Positions 7,504 to 15,101 of a stretch of DNA of 32,000 bases are shown here, piece after piece. Source of the DNA: Candidatus Nanosynbacter lyticus (lineage in GTDB: Bacteria > Patescibacteriota > Saccharimonadia > Saccharimonadales > Saccharimonadaceae); contig NZ_CP007496.1 of NCBI RefSeq assembly GCF_000803625.1, forward strand, positions 390,001 through 422,000. Reading direction: 5' to 3'. How positions within the stretch are numbered: the stretch's first letter is position 1; each line of letters opens with the position of its first letter. The notes under the pieces were generated by a model, which had not been told where the DNA came from, ran no database searches, and saw nothing but the letters and a program-made list of their open reading frames with translations. The translations under genes were made by a program, and so were the position numbers.

Positions 7504-9110
7504 GCTTGATTACGCAGCTTACACCACGCGTTTAGTTCTGAGGCCAGCTCTTTTGGTTGCGCCTCCGCTTTAATTCCTGGATTAAAAATTCCAGCTGGAT
7601 CAAAGATTTGCTTCACCTTCGCGTATAATTGTTTTTCATCATCTGGCAGATTTTTATAGATAAAGTTGGCTTTTAGCCGACCATCACCACCAAAGCCCGC
7701 AAATGAACCGCCGTATTTTTCAACGATCTGCGCGATTTCAGTCAGTAATTGTAAGATCTTCTGACGCTCGCTCACCTTTTTACTATCAAACATTGGATAT
7801 AATGCGATGTAATCACTCGAAAAGTCAATAAATACCGGAAGATTCACACCGTACTTTGCCTCCAGAGATTTCAAATCGCCGATGAAACTATCCATTTTCT
7901 CTGGCGCCATTAAAATACCAGAAAACGCACGTGGCGTAATCATGTGTGGTTCGCTTGGGTTTTCCGCTAGCGCCAAAACCGAATGCAAGCTGAATAGGTC
8001 CTGCTCTTCTAAATGTAATGTTTTTATATCGACCGCTTCTGATGATTCCAATTTTCGGGTCAATTTCTTTGCAGCTTTATTACGCGCTCGGTCTGAAAAA
8101 TCATCAAAAATAGCCAGGACTACAGCACCCTTAAAGCATTCTTTTGGCGCCCACTCAACGACCTTTCCCACGCTGGCTGCCTGACGGAAGAATCGCCCGT
8201 CAATTATTTCCACAGAGGAAGCTTTATTCTTTATTGCCAGCTCGACGGCCGACTGGGCGTCTGACAATTTCTTATACGAAGCTGCAACAACCGAATATTC
8301 TGGGTGGACGAATTTAGCTTTCATAATGACTTCACAAATCACACCCAAGCTTCCCTGACTACCAATAAATAACGGTGTTAAATCGAACGAACCATCCTTT
8401 TGCTTAACCCGGGAAATTCCACTATAGCCCACAGTATCCGGTAAATCTGGGTCCATCTGGGCGATCAACTCAGCATTGTCCGAAATTAAGTTATCGATCT
8501 CACGATAAATCTCACCCTCAAACGTCGACAATCCCTTTTTCTTGCTCAGATCACGTCGAGATATTCGACCGGTCTGGATGACATCGCCATTACTCAGAAC
8601 GACTTCTAGTTGCTGGACAGTACCAGCAAAATGACCGTGACTTCCAGACAACATGCCAGCAGGAGCAGTACTGATAGCGCCACCAATCGTGCCATCTTCT
8701 GCAATGTATGAAGTGCGTGGCAAACCTAAGCCTTTATGAGTCGACAAAGTTGCGTTAATTGCCGAAAGCGAGATCCCCGCTTGCGCATGAATCAACTGCT
8801 GGCGAGGATCAATACCAACCACACGATTCATGTAAGCTTTTTCATCAATTGCGATACCTTTATTTGCTGCTGCACCCGTCTCATCTGTACCATAGCCACG
8901 AACAAATACCGGCAAAACATGACCTTTTTCCGCTAATTGCGAGCAAAACCGCATCACTTTTCTAATGTCGTTCATATTAGCCGCCTGAACAACCATTTCC
9001 GGCCGACGAGCCAAAAGTCCGTTGTCAACTTCAAACTGGCTCAGCGCAAAATCCTGCGATACAACTTCGCCGCTCAGATGTTCATTCAAATATTTCGCAA
9101 CTTTATTCAT
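7500..9110 (-). CDS. FAD-linked oxidase (GlcD / D-lactate dehydrogenase-like, PCMH-type FAD-binding domain)
   Basis: 536 aa. N-terminal FAD_binding_4-like region (RRPEMVVQAANMNDIRKVMRF...VFVRGYGT...GGAIST...G....G...LEVVL.NG). AAGGAGGA RBS upstream. Confidence 0.85.
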   Translation of the reverse strand: MNKVAKYLNEHLSGEVVSQDFALSQFEVDNGLLARRPEMVVQAANMNDIRKVMRFCSQLAEKGHVLPVFVRGYGTDETGAAANKGIAIDEKAYMNRVVGIDPRQQLIHAQAGISLSAINATLSTHKGLGLPRTSYIAEDGTIGGAISTAPAGMLSGSHGHFAGTVQQLEVVLSNGDVIQTGRISRRDLSKKKGLSTFEGEIYREIDNLISDNAELIAQMDPDLPDTVGYSGISRVKQKDGSFDLTPLFIGSQGSLGVICEVIMKAKFVHPEYSVVAASYKKLSDAQSAVELAIKNKASSVEIIDGRFFRQAASVGKVVEWAPKECFKGAVVLAIFDDFSDRARNKAAKKLTRKLESSEAVDIKTLHLEEQDLFSLHSVLALAENPSEPHMITPRAFSGILMAPEKMDSFIGDLKSLEAKYGVNLPVFIDFSSDYIALYPMFDSKKVSERQKILQLLTEIAQIVEKYGGSFAGFGGDGRLKANFIYKNLPDDEKQLYAKVKQIFDPAGIFNPGIKAEAQPKELASELNAWCKLRNQA

Positions 9111-9157
9111 TAATCCTCCTTGGTCTATTGATTTAATTTTAGCATAAGCATGTGTAG

Positions 9158-9186
9158 TTGATAAGTAGAATTTACTTTGATATAAT
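9158..9186 (+). promoter_or_regulatory. intact promoter in front of the truncated tRNA-Leu(UAG) 5' half
   Basis: TTGATA (9158-9163), a 17-bp spacer, then TATAAT (9181-9186), 8 nt before GCGGATG. The architecture matches the tRNA-Leu(CAG) promoter. Confidence 0.5.
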
Positions 9187-9194
9187 CAGGTTAT

Positions 9195-9238
9195 GCGGAT
9201 GTGGTGGAATTGGTAGACGCGCTAGCCTTAGGAGCTAA
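9195..9238 (+). pseudogene. 5' fragment of a tRNA-Leu(UAG) gene (acceptor 5' strand, D arm, anticodon arm), no T arm
   Basis: GCGGATGTGGTGGAATTGGTAGACGCG CTAGC CTTAGGA GCTAA, followed by unrelated AT-rich sequence. Confidence 0.75.
9222..9235 (+). repeat. left copy of a 14-bp direct repeat CTAGCCTTAGGAGC (att-like core in the anticodon stem-loop)
   Basis: Identical 14-mer at 12354-12367. The flanking bases differ on both sides. Confidence 0.85.
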
Positions 9239-9298
9239 CAAGCTTGCTTACCTATTCTTGTATTTTATAGGGGTAATATAGCTTTTTCTTACTAAAAT

Positions 9299-9337
9299 AG
9301 GAGTCTATTCTTGCAACAGACTCCTCTTTTAGACTCC
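9299..9337. repeat. AGACTCC motif cluster at the island left end (one inverted and two direct copies)
   Basis: GGAGTCT at 9300-9306, AGACTCC at 9318-9324 and 9331-9337. The first two form an 8-bp hairpin that could also terminate the integrase remnant. Confidence 0.55.
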
Positions 9338-9345
9338 TTTATTGT

Positions 9346-9890
9346 TCATAAGGATGTTTTTGCTTGGTCGTTGTCGTTATGTTTATTGTAAATTTTATCG
9401 GTTACAGCGAGAAGTGCATTTGATTTTTCTGTTTCGGTTGAGTGAGTATAGATTTGCAAATTTGTTGTTATTGAAGAATGCCCAAGGATAACTTGTGCAT
9501 CTTTTGCCGAGACGTTAGCTTCTTTGAGCATTGTAGCAACGCTATGGCGAATCTCATGAAGCGTTATCTCTTTTAATTCCACTTTTCGGGCAGCATCTTT
9601 AGATGTTTTGATAAAGCTTCTACCGTCTATCGGGTTGTCTTTTTTGGTAAGGTAGAGAAGTTCGTCACCATCTGGATAGAGCCATCGTTCATATTCTGCT
9701 TGCAGCTCCTGTTTTATACTCGGCAGAAGTAGCAGATCGCGAGCACTTGTCCTTGTTTTGAGTGAGCCGATTTTTGGCTCATGTCCTACGAGATAAACTT
9801 GCTGTCTGATATGTATAGTTTTTCGGTAAAGTCAATGTCTTTCCAGTGCAAGCCAAACGCTTCACCGCGTCGTAATTCATAATGACACAT
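9346..9890 (-). pseudogene. tyrosine recombinase/integrase remnant (N-terminal domain missing, one frameshift)
   Basis: One frame reads MCHYELRRGEAFGLHWKDIDFTEKLYISDSKFIS* (9890-9786). A second frame is open from 9831 and reads ...GSLKTRTSARDLLLLP...LHEIRHSVAT...LGHSSITTNLQIYTH. The Arg, His-x-x-Arg, His and Tyr boxes are all present. No SAM-like N-terminal domain lies upstream. Confidence 0.75.
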
Positions 9891-9994
9891 GATAAGGAAT
9901 AAACCGTAGTATGGATGGTCTGTTATAGAGTAAGATGCCTTAAAAATGCTATAATGACCTCCAGTATAGGCAACAAGTTTAAGGAGGAAAGATT

Positions 9995-10366
9995 ATGGAT
10001 TATAAAGAAATAAAGCTTAATGTTTCAAATGATAAAATTAAAGAATATAAGCAATTTGAGGGCTTAAAAATATATTCTGATATTTTTAAATCTGAAGATG
10101 AAAAGGTATTGATCAACAAAAGAATATATATTACAAAAAAACAGAATTATGTTTATTACGAAAGAACAGATGTAAATTGGAATTATTGGTCAAACGAAAG
10201 AAATTATAATTCAACATTTAATCCAGAGAATGATAGTAAACACAACATTATATTTGAAGTTTCATCAAAATTAAGCGATTTTATTAAATATTTGGGAGAA
10301 GAAATAATTCGGAAGATTGAATTGAAACAGCACAATGGAGAAATTGTTGAGATATTAGATATTTGA
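9995..10366 (+). CDS. small hypothetical protein ending in E-I-L-D-I (EXLDI-family-like)
   Basis: 123 aa. AAGGAGG lies 7 nt upstream and an extended -10 box TGCTATAAT sits at 9947-9955. The C-terminal VEILDI matches my recollection of the EXLDI family signature. Confidence 0.6.
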   Translation: MDYKEIKLNVSNDKIKEYKQFEGLKIYSDIFKSEDEKVLINKRIYITKKQNYVYYERTDVNWNYWSNERNYNSTFNPENDSKHNIIFEVSSKLSDFIKYLGEEIIRKIELKQHNGEIVEILDI

Positions 10367-10467
10367 TTGTGTTATGAAGAATGAAGCATTGACTGAAAAT
10401 ATAATATCTACTCAAGCACGTAGAACTCCTAATTTTAGTAATATCAATTAAATAAAAATAGTATAAA

Positions 10468-10500
10468 AAAACAGTAAATCGAAAAAGGTTTACTGTTTTT
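10468..10500. terminator. bidirectional terminator hairpin
   Basis: AAAAAAACAGTAAA-TCGAAAAAGG-TTTACTGTTTTTT. Confidence 0.55.
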
Positions 10501-10583
10501 TCTTTGCTTAAAAATAGAAAGAGAGGAAAAGAAAAAATGAAAAGTCGCTTTTTCAAGCGACAATTTCGAAAAAATTCAGATTT

Positions 10584-10668
10584 TGGTGCGGATGAAAGGA
10601 CTTGAACCTTCACGCCGTGAGGCATATGCTCCTAAGGCATACGTGTCTACCAATTCCACCACATCCGC
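10584..10668 (-). tRNA. tRNA-Leu(UAG), intact, CCA encoded, carried inside the island
   Basis: GCGGATG TG GTGG AATTGGTAGA CACG TATGC CTTAGGA GCATA TGCCTCACGGCGT GAAGG TTCAAGT CCTTT CATCCGC ACCA. All stems are Watson-Crick. A terminator hairpin lies downstream at 10544-10561. Confidence 0.9.
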
Positions 10669-10744
10669 ATATTTGATATTGTGAAATATTTCTGTAAGCA
10701 AGTATATCAGTAAATAAAATAAATTACCACATTTTTAACATTTT

Positions 10745-12037
10745 TTATTTAACAGGAATTTTCTTTGCTAAATCTAATAACAACTCAATCAATTGCGAAC
10801 TCATAATAGGAGCTTCCTCTTTGCTTTTAAATAATCCTTTTGATTTTTTAACTTGATTATTCTCTTCATTATTGAATATTCGGTATGCAACTGTTTTGAT
10901 AATTTCATTTCTTAGTTTTACATCACCTTCAATACTTAGCAGATAAGGCTTTAGCGCTTTAAGTTGATGAGCTGTTCGTTGATTAGCTCGCTGTGCTTTG
11001 CGATGTTCGCTTGATTGAGTGGCTGTGTATCCTGCTACACCTCCAGCAATTAGCATAACAAATGCTCGAGCTACTAAGAATTGCCATGACACATCTTTAA
11101 TATGAATGACTTCACAAACTACCAAGCAAGAAAATATTAATACCGCAAAAAGCAAGCGCACCGTTATTTTACGCCACCTATCAGCAGCTTCCATGTCTTC
11201 CTTAGCACTACTAGAATAATCGTGGATTAGTGTTTTATCTCCAGCCATATTCAATAATTCATCTATTCTAGCAAGACTATCTTTTGCCTTCGCCTCAGTA
11301 GCGTTTAGTTTTTTATTTATGTCAGCCGCAGTGCGATCGGCTTCATCACTCTTTTTGCTAAACGTTTCTTTGATTGTGCGTTTCTGCTCTTCGATAAATT
11401 TATTAACTGCCTCATTACGTACATTTTCAGATTTTGTAAATGATAATTGTTGTAAATCAGAGATTTTATTTGAAGAATCTTTTATGTCTTTTAAATCTTT
11501 GTTAAGTTCACCTATTTTCACACCAAGTGCTTCAAACTCGTTTTTAGCTTCAGTAACTTTTTCGTCAATGGTCTTTTCTGCAGTAGTTCCTTTAGCAGAT
11601 ATACTATCAATCTCTTTTGCTGCTGTACGCTTATATTGACCGACTGACCTATTCAATCCCGCAATAGCCTTGCGAGTTTCCTTTATGTCCATAGCGGGTG
11701 TCAATGAAGTAATGTACGACAATATACCATCAATGTATCCATTCATATAAGAAATACCTAGATACACATCATCGCGAGTGTTTTGCCAGTTATCAAAACA
11801 CGAACTTACACTTGAGAGATAACTGCCAATATTATCAATACTTGATACTGATAATAGACGATTATCTGTATTATCAAGTCTATCCACTAAAAGCTCAATG
11901 ACCAATTTTGCCCGATTGATATCATCGATTGCTTCAATAGACACGCTGTCAGAGTTTATCTCATTAAACTTAGCTAATAATTTCTTGGCTGCAGTATATG
12001 TGGCACTATTCTGTATACGATCTTCCCATTTGCTCAT
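10745..12037 (-). CDS. hypothetical coiled-coil protein with two adjacent TM helices (residues ~291-338)
   Basis: 430 aa. It has a long K/E/D-rich helical middle and two hydrophobic segments, ITVRLLFAVLIFSCLVVCEVIHI and WQFLVARAFVMLIAGGVAGY, followed by a basic helical tail. I recognise no family. Confidence 0.7.
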   Translation of the reverse strand: MSKWEDRIQNSATYTAAKKLLAKFNEINSDSVSIEAIDDINRAKLVIELLVDRLDNTDNRLLSVSSIDNIGSYLSSVSSCFDNWQNTRDDVYLGISYMNGYIDGILSYITSLTPAMDIKETRKAIAGLNRSVGQYKRTAAKEIDSISAKGTTAEKTIDEKVTEAKNEFEALGVKIGELNKDLKDIKDSSNKISDLQQLSFTKSENVRNEAVNKFIEEQKRTIKETFSKKSDEADRTAADINKKLNATEAKAKDSLARIDELLNMAGDKTLIHDYSSSAKEDMEAADRWRKITVRLLFAVLIFSCLVVCEVIHIKDVSWQFLVARAFVMLIAGGVAGYTATQSSEHRKAQRANQRTAHQLKALKPYLLSIEGDVKLRNEIIKTVAYRIFNNEENNQVKKSKGLFKSKEEAPIMSSQLIELLLDLAKKIPVK

Positions 12038-12171
12038 GAGGCGTTATTCCTTTTTTGCTTAATTAGTTTGCCACCCCTTATTTTAACTTCAACTATAATT
12101 ATATCACTTTTGTTCTTGAGAACGGCTACCCCCTAAGAGTAGAGAATCTTACTTATCCAATTTGATTAATT

Positions 12172-12202
12172 AGACTCCGCACTAGACTCCAGAATTGACT
12201 CC
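12172..12202 (+). repeat. three (T/A)GACTCC direct repeats at 12-bp spacing near the island right end
   Basis: TAGACTCCGCAC TAGACTCCAGAA TTGACTCC. The motif starts at 12172, 12184 and 12196. Confidence 0.6.
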
Positions 12203-12353
12203 TTGCAGCCCAGTACAATAACAAACAAAAAACAACGAGTTAGAACTAACTCTTATATCATTTTTGCCTTTATTGTCCATTATTTGCCTGCTGGAGGCCT
12301 CTTGCCGGCGGTGTGCGTAAGTTCTCCACTAAGTGAAAAGAAGGCTTAATTAT

Positions 12354-12411
12354 CTAGCCTTAGGAGCATGTGCCTCACGGCGTGAAGGTTCAAGTCCTTT
12401 CATCCGCACCA
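12354..12411 (+). pseudogene. 3' fragment of a tRNA-Leu(UAG) gene (anticodon loop to CCA)
   Basis: CTAGC CTTAGGA GCATG TGCCTCACGGCGT GAAGG TTCAAGT CCTTT CATCCGC ACCA. From GCCTTAGG onward it differs from the island-borne tRNA at one position. No matching 5' half lies upstream. Confidence 0.75.
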
Positions 12412-12580
12412 TTACGTTATATATACGGATTTTTTTCGGAATTGTCGCCTGTAATATGGCGACTTTTTAATTGTTATGAAAATATTATTGACTATACCAA
12501 AACGCCTATGCTACAATCACGCCAAGGCAAATAATAATGCGAGATATCCACTTGGATCATCGAGGAGGGTTTATATTAAT

Positions 12581-13210
12581 ATGAGCAAAGCAAATAACTA
12601 TTTCCGAAGGCAGCGTATTGGCCTGGCGGTTGTCGGCGGAATTATGACACTGATGGTGGCGTTTAGCTTGACGCCAACATTCGCTGGTGTCGTCGCAACC
12701 ATCACCAACAGCGTAAACACCGCATCAACTGGTACGTTGGTTATGGAAGAAAAGAACCACGACGGAACAGTTACCTGCACCACTACCGGTACCGGTAGCG
12801 CCACTTGTGCAACCATCAACAAATATGGCGGCCAAGCACTCGTTCCAGGCGGCAGCACTGACACGACTGTAAAAATTACCAACAAGGGTAGCATCGCTGC
12901 CAGCGCCTTCACTGTTAAGGGTGGTGCTTGTACAACTGAGAATGCGCCAGGCGCCTCAGTCTCTGGTACGGGTAACTTGTGTAGCAAAATGACCGTTACC
13001 GTCCGTGCTAACGGTACACAGGTTTGGAGCGGTACGGCAGAAGCCTTCCAGCAAGCAGTAGCTCAAGATATCAAGACAGTCGTTGGTCACCCAATTGCAC
13101 CAAATGAGACAGTTACATTGATCATAACTGCTGCACTGCCAGCAAACACTGACGCCAGCTTCCAGGGTCGCCAAATTTCACAGCCAATCACCTGGCAATT
13201 TAGCGCCTAG
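12581..13210 (+). CDS. secreted TasA/camelysin-like protein with SipW-dependent-type signal peptide
   Basis: I chose the start at ATG 12581 because GGAGGG lies 12 nt upstream. The N-terminus has a basic n-region, a TM h-region and then FAGVVATITNSVNTASTGTL. The rest is T/G/S-rich and beta-like. Confidence 0.75.
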   Translation: MSKANNYFRRQRIGLAVVGGIMTLMVAFSLTPTFAGVVATITNSVNTASTGTLVMEEKNHDGTVTCTTTGTGSATCATINKYGGQALVPGGSTDTTVKITNKGSIAASAFTVKGGACTTENAPGASVSGTGNLCSKMTVTVRANGTQVWSGTAEAFQQAVAQDIKTVVGHPIAPNETVTLIITAALPANTDASFQGRQISQPITWQFSA

Positions 13211-13251
13211 TATCTCATAAATAGCCGTAAAATCTGATATACTGAAGGGTA

Positions 13252-14982
13252 ATGAAATTTAGTAAAACCAGCATTTGGGTAATAGCAGCACTGAGCCTAC
13301 TAAGTCTAGGCTCAGTGCTCGTACTACACCTAGCTGGTTTTCGCTTTTTTACCATCGCCACACCAAGTATGGGCGAAACCGCTCCAGTCGGGACGCTAAT
13401 CGTTACGCAGCCGCAACAATCCTATAACAAAGACGACATCATCACGTTTTATCGTAGCGGCAGTGTATACACTCACCGCCTAACTAAAATCAATGACGAC
13501 CACAGCTACACCACCAAAGGTGACCTCAACGCCGTAGCAGATTCTTTGTCGGTGGCTAACCGAGACGTGATCGGCAAAGCGGTGGTAATTGCTCCTGTGT
13601 GGGGCTGGGTCTGGCGTGCTGCGCCGATATTACTGATCGGCTGGATCATCGTCTATTTGCTTTCGTGTATCAAGCGACTGCGTGAACGCTGGCGTTGGCC
13701 AGTTCGCATCATTGGCGGAACGCTGGTGGTTATCTTGGCCACATTGATCCTTAATCCGTGGCTTCGTGCTGACATGCTCAGTATCGCTACGCACCAGCAA
13801 AATGACGTGCGACTTCACATTGTCAATACGGGTATTTTCCCTATTCGTGATGATGACGGCAACCGTGTTCATACTGGTCAAACCGCCATCGTGCGGGCCA
13901 CCGAAACCGACGCGCAGGGGCATTATATTTACGTGCCACGGCCGTCACTTGGGCCAACGGGCGTGGTGTTTGCGCTATTGTGGTGTCTGCTGCCGCTATT
14001 CATAGCGCTGTTAGTAAAATTGCCGCCACCAGAAGAAGAAATTACCGGACTGCAGCTTGTTCATGAGCGAAATCGCAACATGATGCTACTCGCTATCATC
14101 ATCTTGTTTGAAGTAGTGCTTCTGACCGTACAATTGTCTTCTCTGGCAGGATTTACCGCGACCATACAAAATAGCACCAACCGTGTCCAAGCTCGCGCCT
14201 ACTTCAAGTGCTCCGAAGCTACCTGGATTCGGTCACAAATTCGCCCCAATCCTCAGCCGTATTTTGCTTGGGCGCTCAACAGTGACCATGCCGCCAACCC
14301 TATCGTGACTGATCTCTCTGGCAATGGCAACCATGGCAAACCTTCGCCGAGCGATGGCTCACCCAGCCGCGCCAGCGTCTCAAACACCGGTTGTGTGCGC
14401 GACGATCGACGCGTTTCAGTATTTAACGGAGTAAACGCCTGTCTCACTCACGGAACGTCAGCAGAGCAGAAGGTCAATCCTGCGCCAAATACCTTTAGCC
14501 TGGAGGTGTGGTTTAGCACTAATTATCGAAGCAATGGTCGACTAATGGGCTTTAGCTCTTTATACGAAGGTGACTATAACGGCGGTGGACAAAGTGATCG
14601 TCATATATATATTGATAAAGACGGTCGAGTAGTATTTGGAGTTTACAACGGAGGCATCAAACTTGTTGCTTCAAAAGCTGGAGTAGATTATGCTGATGGC
14701 CGCTGGCATCACGTCGTTGCCACTATGTCGCCAAGCGGTGCGACACTCTACTTAGATGGAAACCGCGTCGACACCAATACATCAATGACTGCCGGAGAAA
14801 ATGTACCTAACGGCGGATACTGGAAGGTTGGATGCGGCAAATTGACTTATTGGAAAAATGCTGACGACAGCGAATATCAAGGCCCTAAGTATTTTAAAGG
14901 CAGTATGCAATACAGCTCAGTCTATACGACTGCCCTCACCGAACAACAAGCTCGTGACCACTATTTGGCGGGCGCCCTATAG
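13252..14982 (+). CDS. S26 signal peptidase I (SipW/Sec11-like) fused to multi-TM linker, second signal-peptide-like segment and C-terminal LamG (concanavalin-like) domain
   Basis: 576 aa. Peptidase boxes TPSMGET (Ser39), YTHRL and TTKGDLNAVAD. Several TM segments. An internal MMLLAIIILFEVVLLTVQLSSLAGFTATIQNSTN segment. The C-terminal GRWHHVVATMSPSGATLYLDGNRV is typical of Laminin_G_3. Confidence 0.8.
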   Translation: MKFSKTSIWVIAALSLLSLGSVLVLHLAGFRFFTIATPSMGETAPVGTLIVTQPQQSYNKDDIITFYRSGSVYTHRLTKINDDHSYTTKGDLNAVADSLSVANRDVIGKAVVIAPVWGWVWRAAPILLIGWIIVYLLSCIKRLRERWRWPVRIIGGTLVVILATLILNPWLRADMLSIATHQQNDVRLHIVNTGIFPIRDDDGNRVHTGQTAIVRATETDAQGHYIYVPRPSLGPTGVVFALLWCLLPLFIALLVKLPPPEEEITGLQLVHERNRNMMLLAIIILFEVVLLTVQLSSLAGFTATIQNSTNRVQARAYFKCSEATWIRSQIRPNPQPYFAWALNSDHAANPIVTDLSGNGNHGKPSPSDGSPSRASVSNTGCVRDDRRVSVFNGVNACLTHGTSAEQKVNPAPNTFSLEVWFSTNYRSNGRLMGFSSLYEGDYNGGGQSDRHIYIDKDGRVVFGVYNGGIKLVASKAGVDYADGRWHHVVATMSPSGATLYLDGNRVDTNTSMTAGENVPNGGYWKVGCGKLTYWKNADDSEYQGPKYFKGSMQYSSVYTTALTEQQARDHYLAGAL

Positions 14983-15005
14983 TAGTATATAATTGGAATA
15001 GCGAT

Positions 15006-15082
15006 GGGAAATTAGCTCAGCTGGCTAGAGCGCACGATTCACATTCGTGAGGTCACAGGTTCAAGCCCTGTATTTCCCACCA
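15006..15082 (+). tRNA. tRNA-Val(CAC), CCA encoded
   Basis: GGGAAAT TA GCTC AGCTGGCTA GAGC G CACGA TTCACAT TCGTG AGGTC ACAGG TTCAAGC CCTGT ATTTCCC ACCA. Confidence 0.9.
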
Positions 15083-15101
15083 TTTCACGTTAGATATAAA
15101 T

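Larger units (their letters stand above)
9236..12353. mobile_element. ~3.1 kb AT-rich integrated island inside tRNA-Leu(UAG), probably immobilised
   Basis: Bounded by the 14-bp direct repeat and the two tRNA halves. It contains a tyrosine-integrase remnant, and its base composition is markedly AT-richer than the flanks by eye. Confidence 0.65.

Noticed and set aside
10284-10625. 113-aa minus-strand ORF spanning the intergenic terminators and the tRNA-Leu(UAG) 3' half
   Set aside because: It overlaps a well-folding tRNA and two terminator hairpins. Its translation is F/L/S-rich low-complexity from AT-rich DNA.
9195-12411. Simple site-specific inversion between two inverted tRNA-Leu(UAG) genes as the origin of the split halves
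   Set aside because: Inversion between inverted repeats would leave two complete chimeric tRNAs, not a 5' half and a 3' half in direct orientation sharing a 14-bp direct repeat. Insertion, with later sequence exchange, fits better.
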